A stretch of DNA of 64,000 bases from a virus, in the IMG/VR virus record IMGVR_UViG_3300045988_088815, positions 32,001 to 96,000 of that record, one strand, 5' to 3'. The number at the start of each line of letters is the position of its first letter. Within the stretch, counting starts at the first letter, position 1. Under the pieces are notes generated by a model. That model worked only from the letters and a program-made list of their open reading frames with translations, was not told the origin of the DNA and searched no databases. The translations under genes were made by a program, and so were the position numbers. Positions 1 through 9,369 of the stretch are shown one piece after another.

Positions 1-2
1 GT

Positions 3-1325
3 TTGGACGATAACGATGTTGATTCTGTCGTAAACATGATGGAACAACATGATTTCGATGTGGATAATGCCATTTCGGAATATAATCCACAAACCCATAA
101 GGTGATGAGCCGTGAAGATAAATGGGTAAAGGGAGAAAAGCCATACAGGACGGAGAAGTTGGCAAGAACAAGACAAAGATACATCAATGAGGTAGAATTG
201 TTCTTCTTGTTAGGCAATCCGGTTATGTGGAAGAAGACTGAAGGTGACGATGAAGCCTTTGAACTATATAAAAAATACTTGAAGGATATATACTTCAATA
301 CCAAGCTACGTCAATGTAAACGACTTGCCGGAGCAGAAACCGAAAGCGGTTTTGTTTTTAATTTCTCGCAAAAAAACGGAAAAATGCATGTTGATGTGTA
401 TGTTGCAGCTCGCTCAAAGGGACATAAGATGAGAGAGTTGTTTGACCAGTACGGAAACATGCTTGCTTTTGCTGTAGGCTATTCCTTAAAGCGAGAATCA
501 AAGACTATCGAATGTTGGGATATATTGACATCCGTTTTTAACTATCATTGTGAACGTGGTGGCTTTGGGTGGAAAGTGTATAAGTATCCTAATCCGACAG
601 GAAAAATTAATGGCATTTATTTTCGTCAGCCAAAGGCATGGGAAGGAGCAGAACCGAGAATGGAACGTGAAGAAATGCTTGATTCCAAGATTGGAGATGC
701 TAACAACTACTTTGCTGACCCTATTGCCGCTGCTACTGCTGACGTGATACAATCAATCCCTAAGCGGAACAAGCCAGGTAAACTCATACAACTTACAGGC
801 AAGAACTCTAGGTTTGAATATATCAACCCGCCTCAAAATTCCGAAATCCGCAAGGCAGAGAAAGAAGACTTGGCTCAGTCTATCTTGTTTGATACGTTTA
901 CACCGGATATGTCACCGGAACTGATGAAAGCTATGAGCACGCTTACTAGTGTCGGCATAAAACGAGCGTTGGTATTGGGCTACATCAAGCGAGCGAACCG
1001 AATGGAAATCTATGAAGAACTTGTCGGTAGATTATCGCATGTGATTATAGCCGTAATGAAGGAACTATATCCTGAGATGAGAAGCAAGTTGGATAAGTTG
1101 GAGGTCGAATTCGATTTTGCCGAACCTTTCGAGGATGACAAAAAGGATAAGTGGAAAGTAATAGCGGAACTATATAATCAAGGCGTACTTTCTTTAGAGA
1201 CTGCTGTACAAATGCTGGCTTTAACTGACGCTCCTGCTGAAGAAATTGAAAAGATACGCAAGGATGCAGAAGATAAAGTAGCGTTAGCTGCAAAGGTAAA
1301 GGGAAACGAAAACACAACTTCATAA
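3..1325 (+). CDS. phage portal protein, N-terminus cut by window edge
   Basis: ORF open at window start (440 aa). The overall pattern and acidic C-terminal tail (AEEIEKIRKDAEDK) recall SPP1 gp6-type portals; recognised by eye only. Confidence 0.55.
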   Translation: MDDNDVDSVVNMMEQHDFDVDNAISEYNPQTHKVMSREDKWVKGEKPYRTEKLARTRQRYINEVELFFLLGNPVMWKKTEGDDEAFELYKKYLKDIYFNTKLRQCKRLAGAETESGFVFNFSQKNGKMHVDVYVAARSKGHKMRELFDQYGNMLAFAVGYSLKRESKTIECWDILTSVFNYHCERGGFGWKVYKYPNPTGKINGIYFRQPKAWEGAEPRMEREEMLDSKIGDANNYFADPIAAATADVIQSIPKRNKPGKLIQLTGKNSRFEYINPPQNSEIRKAEKEDLAQSILFDTFTPDMSPELMKAMSTLTSVGIKRALVLGYIKRANRMEIYEELVGRLSHVIIAVMKELYPEMRSKLDKLEVEFDFAEPFEDDKKDKWKVIAELYNQGVLSLETAVQMLALTDAPAEEIEKIRKDAEDKVALAAKVKGNENTTS

Positions 1326-1346
1326 TTTTAAATGCTTATTGTTTTT

Positions 1347-1381
1347 GGGCGCATTTCCTTTTAGGATTTGCGCCCTTTTTG
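1347..1381 (+). terminator. intrinsic terminator after portal gene
   Basis: GGGCGCA / TGCGCCC stem followed by a T-run. Confidence 0.7.
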
Positions 1382-1442
1382 CACTTAAATTTTAAGTGAA
1401 AGCATTGTGATAATAATATAATATTATTCCTCATTTTGTTTT

Positions 1443-1450
1443 TAACTTTG
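1443..1450 (+). promoter_or_regulatory. -7 promoter box TAACTTTG
   Basis: Matches Bacteroidota TAnnTTTG. It lies only 5 nt before ATG 1456, so the mRNA would be nearly leaderless. Confidence 0.35.
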
Positions 1451-1455
1451 TTGGC

Positions 1456-1941
1456 ATGAACACGAATGAACTTATCATAAACGGAAAAGATGCTTGGAAT
1501 ACCTATCGGGTCAAGATGGGGTATGGCTTTTTGGATGCGTTGGAAGCTGACGCAGACAATAAAAGTTATATAACCAATGAAGTAAGGACTGAGCACGGAA
1601 CTAGGGTTGTTCCTATCCGTCCCAAAAAGGCAGAAAGAAGCATTACCTTGGAGTTCGTTATAGTCGGTAAAGACCATAACGATTACAATAATAGGGTAAA
1701 AGCCTTTGATGCACTTATGGATAATGGTTTTGTTACGATACAAGTTCCTCGATCAAAGGATGATGTCTATCGTTTGTTTTGTGCGAGGAAGTCTCCTACC
1801 TATTCAAGAGGAAAAGGAGGGGTTATAGGCAAGAAGAGTTTGAAGTTCATAGAATATAATCCAACGAACAGGGGAGCCTTGACTGATGCGGATATTGATA
1901 TGTTCACGTTGAAAGAATTTGAAGATATAGAACAGTTATGA
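1456..1941 (+). CDS. tail-tip module protein, possibly distal tail protein (Dit-like)
   Basis: 161-aa ORF whose stop overlaps (ATGA) the start of the giant fibre gene; the call is positional. Confidence 0.5.
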   Translation: MNTNELIINGKDAWNTYRVKMGYGFLDALEADADNKSYITNEVRTEHGTRVVPIRPKKAERSITLEFVIVGKDHNDYNNRVKAFDALMDNGFVTIQVPRSKDDVYRLFCARKSPTYSRGKGGVIGKKSLKFIEYNPTNRGALTDADIDMFTLKEFEDIEQL

Positions 1942-4900
1942 AAACTTACAAGAATATTGATATAAAGTATTACGATAATGACGGAAACATACATGTAAGA
2001 TGTTCTGTTCCCGTAACACAGGATGCATTGGTTCACTATGAATTAATGCAGTCTCACTATTGTAAGCTTTCCTTTAAGCTTTATAAGCCTACATATTTCT
2101 TGCTTGGTGATTTTATAGATACACCATATGGACGATTTGAGCTAATAGATTTAACTAAGGCCAAAGATAATGATACTATTGGATATTCCTATGAAATCCA
2201 ATTTGATGCATATTATCGTAAGTTCAAGAACAAAATATTGAAGTATCGCCCGAATACAGGTTCACAAGAAGCGACTTTCTCTCTTACTTCAAAAATAAGT
2301 ACCCATGTAGAGGTGATTATGAAAAGTCTAGCTTATTATGCGAAGTTAGACAAGTCTTATCTTTACGACCCTAAATTTGAAGGCGAAGGAACGGACTATA
2401 CTTATGTTATTGATGCGAGCGTAGATGCAAATGCTGCAAAGCTTATAACCTACTCAAACACAAGTGTGTTGGATGCTATTGCAAATATTGCTCAGACGTT
2501 TGAATGTGAATGGTGGTTTGAAGGCAATATTCTACATTTTGGTACTTGCGAGAATACAAATGCGATTGTTGATTTCAGACTAAACGACAACATCGTTTCT
2601 ATGTCAAGTTCACAAAGCCAGTCCACTTATGCAAACAGGGTATATGCTTTTGGAGCTGCAAGGAACTTGCCTAGTGGATATAAGAATGATGCCGATGCGG
2701 ACATAACAAAAGATGGTGTCGTAGAAAAACGTCTTATGCTTCCTACTTCAGCAGAATGCTCTGACAAAAACAAGCAATTGTTAGCAGAGAATGGCTTTGA
2801 GCTGAAAAACGGATATATACAAGTCGGTGGACTCCATGAAGACCAGTACGTAGAGGGAGTAACAACAAATGATGATATTTATCCAAGAAATCTTATCAAA
2901 ACGTCTAATGTGACATCATACGAAAAAGATGTAGAGGATGAAAGTACACCCGAAGAGGGTGATTACATCAAACGGACTTTCTATCGTGTAAATTCGCTTA
3001 CTATTGTCAATGATGATGGCGAAAAAACAGGTGATATGGCTTTCCGAAAGGCGTATATTCTTAGTGGCAAGAACTTACATATAGTATTCCAAAGCGGTTC
3101 TCTTAATGGTATGGACTTCGAATGTGAGTTTAATCCAGATGGAGTTTCTGAAATACTTAAGGACGATGATGGTAATCCGATATTGAAAGATGGAAAAGAA
3201 CAGATAAATCCTAAGTCGCAGGTATTTGAGATTGTTGCTAATGAGGATTATGGTCGTTTTTTGCCGGACACAACTTTGCATCCAAAGGACGGAGATACTT
3301 TTGTTCTCTATAATTGGGATTCTACCAAATTGGGCGATGCTTTGGTATCTGCTGCTTCCAATGAGTTGCTGACGGATTCTATTAAGAATTTGAAGAAGTC
3401 AATAATAGACCCTACGACATATACATGTACCGCTGAGGCTAATTATTCATTCAATCAAGGTCGTGGCAACTTGCATGGGGTAGGAGACAGGGTTAACCTT
3501 TACAATAAAGGTTATGATGACAGTTATAGGTCTTCAAGAGTTATTGGATATGAATTCAGCCTTGATATTCCTTTTGATGGTGCGAAGTATTATGTTGGAG
3601 AAAAGCCTTCGTATTCCCGCCTCAATGCAATGGAGTCAAAGATAGAGGAACTTGTCTATAATGGACAGAGTTATCTTAATGGTAATGGCGGAAGCGGAAG
3701 GTCGATTTACATCATTAAGAGTTATGATAGCATAACTCCTACGGATTATAATGTATTTTCAGCAAAAGCTGTTGATGAACAAAGATTAAACAAGACAAAG
3801 GACGACACCGTAAAGGGCACAATCACTTGGGAAAAGGTGCAGAAGTTCTTTAGTGGGTTGCATGTCGGTAACTCCAACAATGAGAACGGAGGCTCGTGGA
3901 CTCCCGATGCAGAAGGTCGTTCGCACCTCATCACAGATTACTTGGAGGTAAGAATGAAGGCTATCTTCGAGGAGCTGGTCATCAATAAAACATCCACCAT
4001 TGGCGGTAAGGAGATAATCTCTCCTGCTGGTGGCGTGGTGGCTCATAAGGTAGAAGAGGTTACTGTGACATATAATAATGTGTCACAGAAGGCTTATCGT
4101 TGCTATTTCTTAGCAGAGCAGGAAGGCGATGCCGTGGATAATGATTTCGCTATTGGCGACCAAGTGCGCTCGGAATCATTCAACGTCCGAAAGGGCACTT
4201 ATCACAAGGATGGCAATCACTTCTATTGGCGATTGGTAATCGGTCGTGATGAAGACCCTGTAGAGCTGGAAGGAAAGAAATATCATTATATCGACCTCTC
4301 TGATACCGATTGCGCTACGGCAAGCGACGTACCTGCTAAAGGTGATGTGCTCAATCAGTGCGGTAATAGAACCGATGTAGAACGTCAGAACTGCCTTATC
4401 TTCTCGGCGGTAGATACCTATTCGCCATCCATCAGCCTCTATCACGGCATCAACAGCTATTCCTTTGCCAATAGGGAGTACGTGGAATATGGTGTGAATA
4501 AGCAGAATAATAAGGCATTCTTCAACGTCTATGGTGATATGTATGTAGGTGATAGACCTACAAAGGAGAATGGCTATGAGGGCAGCTCTTATATCAGATA
4601 TGATAGCAGCACTAAGCAATTGTCTGTTAAGGGTAAGATTTCCGCTAAATCCACTGTGGATGGCAAGGAATTGTCTCAGTATTTCAATAAGATTGCCGAA
4701 TTGCAGAATCAGGTGGATGGTGCTATCGAAACGTGGTTCTATGATGGTGTGCCTACCTTGGAGAATGCCCCAGCCATCAGTTGGAAGACCGATAAGGATA
4801 AAGAAATCCATCTTGGCGACCTTTACTACGACAACAAGACGGGCAAGGCATACCGCTTTGCCAAGGATAGCAACACCTATAAGTGGACTATCATTACAGA

Positions 4901-7900
4901 TACCGACATCGCCAAAGCCCTTTCCGATGCAAGAATGGCACAGGAGACCGCAAACGGGAAAATGAAGGTGTTTAGCGTTCAGCCTACGACACCTTATCAG
5001 GTTGGCGATATATGGGTTAATGCCACTTATCCTTCTGACGGCACTACCTACAAGAATGAGGTATTGCGCTGTCAGACCAACAAGGCAGCAGGTTCTCAGT
5101 TCGCCATCGGTGATTGGATTAAAGCATCTAAATACACCGATGATACCGTTGCCAACGCAGCCAAAAAGGCAGCAGAAGATGCTCAGAAGGCGGCACTGAC
5201 CGCACAGACGGACATTAAGAACCTCGGAAAGACGGTCACTGATAATAAGAAGGAATTCGATAATTATGTTACCGATGGCTACCTAGAGCCTTCCGAGATT
5301 GCGGCAATGGCGCAGGATTCTAAGCGACTTGAGGATGATTTTGCGGCTGCACAGAAGTCGTATAATGAGGTGAAGGATGCAGAGGTACTGAAGGACACCA
5401 AGGAACTCACTGACCTCAACACCGCTTTTGCTACCCTCACGAGTGCCAAAACGGAACTCATCAAGTTTCTTTCAGATATATCTAAAAGATACAATGAGAC
5501 TGATACCGACGGCAAGGCTGCTATCGTCTCAGCCGTGGGAACGAAGTTCACCAACTTCCAAAGCGCATATTCTGCCTTCTATGACAAGCTGGGTTTGGCA
5601 AACGCATATATCACTAGGAAGATATATGGTGACTTGAAGCAGAATATCACAGACCTCGCAGGTTACAAGTATCTCAAGGATGCGCTCGGTCAGACTACAG
5701 ATATTGACGGTGGTCTTGTAATGACAACGCTCCTTGCGCTGAGAGACGGAGACGGAAACGTTCAGAGCGGTATCAACGGAGCAATAGACCCAAATAGAGG
5801 AAAGAAGAGTATCGCAACATGGTGGGGCGGTCAGATGGTGGATAAGGACTATAATAGCGGAAATCTTACCCCTGCAACCTCCCTCATCCGCTTCGATGGC
5901 TCTGGCTATCTTGCCAATGGTGCTATCTGGTGGGATGTGAGCGGAAAGGTTCACGCAGACCCGACATCGTTTATCATCAGCGAAAAGAATCTTGGCGCAT
6001 ACCTCATCTTCTTCGAGCCGACTTGGAAGGCAGGAAGTGCAGGAACGAGCGTTGCCGACCTTGTGTCTTTGAAGCCAAACGCACCATTCTCTAAACTTGG
6101 TGTATCGGGCGATGCTACCTTCGAGGGCGCAATCTCCTTCCATGGCATTAAGCTCACGTATGATTCCACAAACAAGGCTATCAAGATTGATGGTAATCTC
6201 TATGCCACAGGCGGTATCACGGCATACGGAGCAGGAGCATCTACCACGGGCGGTGGTGGCGGCTTAAACGGCAGTGTGAAGAGTTATTCAAGTGCCTTGA
6301 AGCTTACATCAGAATCGCTGTCTGAGATAGCTTCTGCCTACTCCATCAAGGCTCTTGATTCTCGTATCTCTAGCCTAGAAGGAGGCTCGGCTATGAACGT
6401 TAGCGTTAGCGGTAGTGGAAACGCAGTGACAGCCATCAGTAAGAGCGGAACGACTATCATCGTGACAAAGGGAACAACGTTTTTGACTTCGCATCAGAGC
6501 CTTGCGAGCTACCTTACTAGGACTGACGCTGCCAGCTTGTATCAGCCAAAGGGAAATTACCTTACCGCACACCAATCGCTCGATGGTTATGTAAATGCAA
6601 TAACAACAAGTGGAAGCGGTAATGCTATCACGTCTGTATCTAAAAGCGGAAAGGGTATTACATTTACTAAAGGTGCTACATTTTTAACTTCTCACCAAAG
6701 TCTTGCTAACTATTATACCAAAAGTAGTGTAGATTCACTTCTTAGTGGTAAGTCGGCAACTAGTCATACACATAGTGTTAAGATTAACGGTGTTACTAAA
6801 ACTATTGCAGCTACTGGTGGAACTGCTGTAGATTTAGGAACTTATCTTACTTCTCATCAAAGTTTAGCAAATTATGTTACTATTAATGATAGTAGACTTA
6901 GTGATAGTCGTTATCCTAAATTTGCTAATAATACTTGGTATTTAGTAGGAGATGACGCTTATATTGGAGACCACAATATTGGTGGTACGTTTTGTATTAA
7001 ATCTGCCAATAATGTCAATGTAAGTGGTATAGCAATATATAATAGTGACGAAACTAAAGTTGCTAAACTATGGTTTGATAATACAAACATAAACCTTGAT
7101 AAACAACTTGTTATGAATAACAAGCGTATTTGGATTCAAGGTGTCGGTACTGCTGGAGGTAATAATAATAGACTTACTCTTGTAGCAGGTATGCCTAGCG
7201 GATTAGCATATAATACTTCATGCCGTGGAACAATTCTTTATTCTAACGGTATAGCATTTGCTGACCCATATAATGGTAATTCAAATAATGATAGTGGATG
7301 GATTAGACATTTAGAAACTTCTGCTAATAGTGGAACTTTAGAAATAGCGGTAGGTGATGATGCTTCAAATGAGCAAATTCATTTTAGATGGTATAATACA
7401 AATTCTAGTGCAGAAACTATAGCACACGATATAACTGTTCCTAGAGCTACAGGTACTTTAGCTTTAACTAGTCAAATACCTACTACTCTTCCTGCAAATG
7501 GAGGTAATGCTGATAAATTAGACGGTTATCATGCTAATGGACTTCTTACTGCTCTATCTAATTCTGATAAGGGAATTAGTATAACAGTTGGTGGAACTAC
7601 CAAAAGTATTTCAAATATTAGTGTTAATTATGCTAGTAGTGCTGGCAATGCTGATACTGTTGATGGTTATCAAGTTAATGGCGGTAATGTTGCACCCTAT
7701 GGACATATACCTAGTATAGAAAACGATGGAGTAATGGAAGTAGGTAAATATATTGACTTTCATAATGATAATAGCGGTAAACATGATTTTTCTACTAGAT
7801 TACAAACTACTGGTAATTATGGAAATTCAGTTTATTTGCCATCGCATAATGGTACATTAGCGTTAATTTCTGATAATGTAGCTTCTGCAACCAAACTTGC

Positions 7901-8861
7901 AACAGCAAGAACTATTTGGGGTCAAAGTTTTGATGGTACTGGTAATGTTAATGGAACTATATATATAAACAATAGTGATTCTGAAAACGGAGCTATAATA
8001 TTAAATAATAATGTAAATGCTAATGCTCGTATATCAGCTATAAAAGACCAAGTAGTATTTAATACTGGTGCTGCTATTCGTTTTGGAGCAGTCGACTGGG
8101 AGTATAGTGATTGGGCTGGTCTTAAATATGATACTGTTGCTAATGCTATATATTTAGGTATAGCCGATGGAACTGTATTTAATTATTATTCTAATAAAAG
8201 AAGTAATGGTACACTTAAATTTCCAGGTATTACAACCATAACTCCTGATAGTGGAGCTAGAATTGGAGGTAGTGGTGGTGATTTATATTTAGGTAATGCT
8301 AATAATAGTAATTGGGTGAAAGTTCAAGATATATGTAGTCATAATGGTTCTAATTATTGGTATATATATCAAAGCGGTAATGCTCATTTTAGTAACATTA
8401 ATGTTGCTGGTACTACTACTATCGGTGGTAATACTACTATCGGTGGTAATTGTCTTGCTAAAGGTGGAGTTACAGCTTATCAATCTTCTGACATCCGCTT
8501 GAAGCAGGATTTGCGGAAGCTGGACTACTTGGGTATCATCAAGGCGATGGGTGGCACTTATGGCTTTGCTTGGAAGAAGGACAATACAAGGTCTATCGGT
8601 TGGATTGCCCAACACGTCTTGTGCAACCCTCACTTAAAGGACATCGTGGAGACGGACGAGAAGGGCTACTACAAGATAAACTACTGGTCTCCGAAGCTGA
8701 TTGCAACGGCATTTGGTGCTATCGAGCAGGTGGGCGATGAGGTCAGCAGGTTGAAGGCTCGGGTGGTCTTCCTCGAATCAGAGGTTCAGCGATTGAGTGG
8801 AGATAAGAAAGACTGCAACAAGAAGAGATTAGATAACAAGAATATTAATTCATTAAATTAG
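1938..8861 (+). CDS. giant tail fibre / receptor-binding protein (2307 aa) with C-terminal intramolecular chaperone (peptidase S74-like) domain
   Basis: Fibre repeats GNADKLDGYHANG and GNADTVDGYQVNG, plus KLATARTIWGQSFDGTGNVNG and a SHTHS His motif. The C-terminus SDIRLKQD...YGFAWKKD...IGWIAQ plus a coiled coil is typical of self-cleaving chaperone domains. Confidence 0.85.
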   Translation: MKTYKNIDIKYYDNDGNIHVRCSVPVTQDALVHYELMQSHYCKLSFKLYKPTYFLLGDFIDTPYGRFELIDLTKAKDNDTIGYSYEIQFDAYYRKFKNKILKYRPNTGSQEATFSLTSKISTHVEVIMKSLAYYAKLDKSYLYDPKFEGEGTDYTYVIDASVDANAAKLITYSNTSVLDAIANIAQTFECEWWFEGNILHFGTCENTNAIVDFRLNDNIVSMSSSQSQSTYANRVYAFGAARNLPSGYKNDADADITKDGVVEKRLMLPTSAECSDKNKQLLAENGFELKNGYIQVGGLHEDQYVEGVTTNDDIYPRNLIKTSNVTSYEKDVEDESTPEEGDYIKRTFYRVNSLTIVNDDGEKTGDMAFRKAYILSGKNLHIVFQSGSLNGMDFECEFNPDGVSEILKDDDGNPILKDGKEQINPKSQVFEIVANEDYGRFLPDTTLHPKDGDTFVLYNWDSTKLGDALVSAASNELLTDSIKNLKKSIIDPTTYTCTAEANYSFNQGRGNLHGVGDRVNLYNKGYDDSYRSSRVIGYEFSLDIPFDGAKYYVGEKPSYSRLNAMESKIEELVYNGQSYLNGNGGSGRSIYIIKSYDSITPTDYNVFSAKAVDEQRLNKTKDDTVKGTITWEKVQKFFSGLHVGNSNNENGGSWTPDAEGRSHLITDYLEVRMKAIFEELVINKTSTIGGKEIISPAGGVVAHKVEEVTVTYNNVSQKAYRCYFLAEQEGDAVDNDFAIGDQVRSESFNVRKGTYHKDGNHFYWRLVIGRDEDPVELEGKKYHYIDLSDTDCATASDVPAKGDVLNQCGNRTDVERQNCLIFSAVDTYSPSISLYHGINSYSFANREYVEYGVNKQNNKAFFNVYGDMYVGDRPTKENGYEGSSYIRYDSSTKQLSVKGKISAKSTVDGKELSQYFNKIAELQNQVDGAIETWFYDGVPTLENAPAISWKTDKDKEIHLGDLYYDNKTGKAYRFAKDSNTYKWTIITDTDIAKALSDARMAQETANGKMKVFSVQPTTPYQVGDIWVNATYPSDGTTYKNEVLRCQTNKAAGSQFAIGDWIKASKYTDDTVANAAKKAAEDAQKAALTAQTDIKNLGKTVTDNKKEFDNYVTDGYLEPSEIAAMAQDSKRLEDDFAAAQKSYNEVKDAEVLKDTKELTDLNTAFATLTSAKTELIKFLSDISKRYNETDTDGKAAIVSAVGTKFTNFQSAYSAFYDKLGLANAYITRKIYGDLKQNITDLAGYKYLKDALGQTTDIDGGLVMTTLLALRDGDGNVQSGINGAIDPNRGKKSIATWWGGQMVDKDYNSGNLTPATSLIRFDGSGYLANGAIWWDVSGKVHADPTSFIISEKNLGAYLIFFEPTWKAGSAGTSVADLVSLKPNAPFSKLGVSGDATFEGAISFHGIKLTYDSTNKAIKIDGNLYATGGITAYGAGASTTGGGGGLNGSVKSYSSALKLTSESLSEIASAYSIKALDSRISSLEGGSAMNVSVSGSGNAVTAISKSGTTIIVTKGTTFLTSHQSLASYLTRTDAASLYQPKGNYLTAHQSLDGYVNAITTSGSGNAITSVSKSGKGITFTKGATFLTSHQSLANYYTKSSVDSLLSGKSATSHTHSVKINGVTKTIAATGGTAVDLGTYLTSHQSLANYVTINDSRLSDSRYPKFANNTWYLVGDDAYIGDHNIGGTFCIKSANNVNVSGIAIYNSDETKVAKLWFDNTNINLDKQLVMNNKRIWIQGVGTAGGNNNRLTLVAGMPSGLAYNTSCRGTILYSNGIAFADPYNGNSNNDSGWIRHLETSANSGTLEIAVGDDASNEQIHFRWYNTNSSAETIAHDITVPRATGTLALTSQIPTTLPANGGNADKLDGYHANGLLTALSNSDKGISITVGGTTKSISNISVNYASSAGNADTVDGYQVNGGNVAPYGHIPSIENDGVMEVGKYIDFHNDNSGKHDFSTRLQTTGNYGNSVYLPSHNGTLALISDNVASATKLATARTIWGQSFDGTGNVNGTIYINNSDSENGAIILNNNVNANARISAIKDQVVFNTGAAIRFGAVDWEYSDWAGLKYDTVANAIYLGIADGTVFNYYSNKRSNGTLKFPGITTITPDSGARIGGSGGDLYLGNANNSNWVKVQDICSHNGSNYWYIYQSGNAHFSNINVAGTTTIGGNTTIGGNCLAKGGVTAYQSSDIRLKQDLRKLDYLGIIKAMGGTYGFAWKKDNTRSIGWIAQHVLCNPHLKDIVETDEKGYYKINYWSPKLIATAFGAIEQVGDEVSRLKARVVFLESEVQRLSGDKKDCNKKRLDNKNINSLN
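6408..6880 (+). repeat. in-frame protein repeats (GSGNAxTxxSKSG...TKGxTFLTSHQSLAxY; four HQSL units) inside the fibre gene
   Basis: TFLTSHQSLASYLT, YLTAHQSLDGYV, TFLTSHQSLANYYT and TYLTSHQSLANYVT read from the translation. Confidence 0.8.
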
Positions 8862-8869
8862 ATTAGAAA

Positions 8870-9175
8870 ATGGAGAATTTAAAGATTAACAAGAAGAGTG
8901 AACAGACAACTGCCACTTATACCAAGGGCGGCTATCGAGTAGAAATCACCTACAATGTTGACAAGACGGGTGGCAACATTGAGAGCATCAATATGAGTAT
9001 CTATGGTGATCCAAATGGTAATTATCTCGGCAATGCGAACGCCAGCTCCAACGGCAGCGAGCTGACCTACAACATCAGCGGTGTTCCGCAGAGCAAGCTC
9101 AGTGAGGTATCAGCATTGATTAAGGAGGTTAATTCCGCTATCGCCGCTAATATGGCAAGCGAGGCAGCAGAGTAA
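8870..9175 (+). CDS. hypothetical protein downstream of fibre gene
   Basis: 101-aa ORF, native (GC-richer) codon usage, 8 nt after the fibre stop. Confidence 0.6.
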   Translation: MENLKINKKSEQTTATYTKGGYRVEITYNVDKTGGNIESINMSIYGDPNGNYLGNANASSNGSELTYNISGVPQSKLSEVSALIKEVNSAIAANMASEAAE

Positions 9176-9369
9176 GTATCGTGAGTATTAACGCAGGGTG
9201 GCTCTTATAGAGCTGCCTTGCCTAGTGTTTTAAGTTCTAAAGATTAAGCGTATGGAACGATTTATGTTATGACTTGCGAAAGTGTTCAATGTAACAGTAG
9301 AGCGAGTTGTTACTAAAGAAATTGTAACAGAATAAGGAACTGAAGTTGAATATAAAAAAAATAAAGATT

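Noticed and set aside
6408-6715. A diversity-generating retroelement template/variable repeat pair in the fibre gene
   Set aside because: There is no reverse transcriptase anywhere in the window. The two repeat copies differ at all four bases, mostly at synonymous third positions, not specifically at adenines.
3075-8633. Multiple 60-211-aa ORFs antisense to or out of frame with the tail fibre gene (e.g. 4176-4811, 5529-6143, 4549-4965)
   Set aside because: They lie wholly inside a 2307-aa ORF with clear fibre motifs and have low-complexity, stop-poor shadow-frame composition. There is no promoter box and no independent support.
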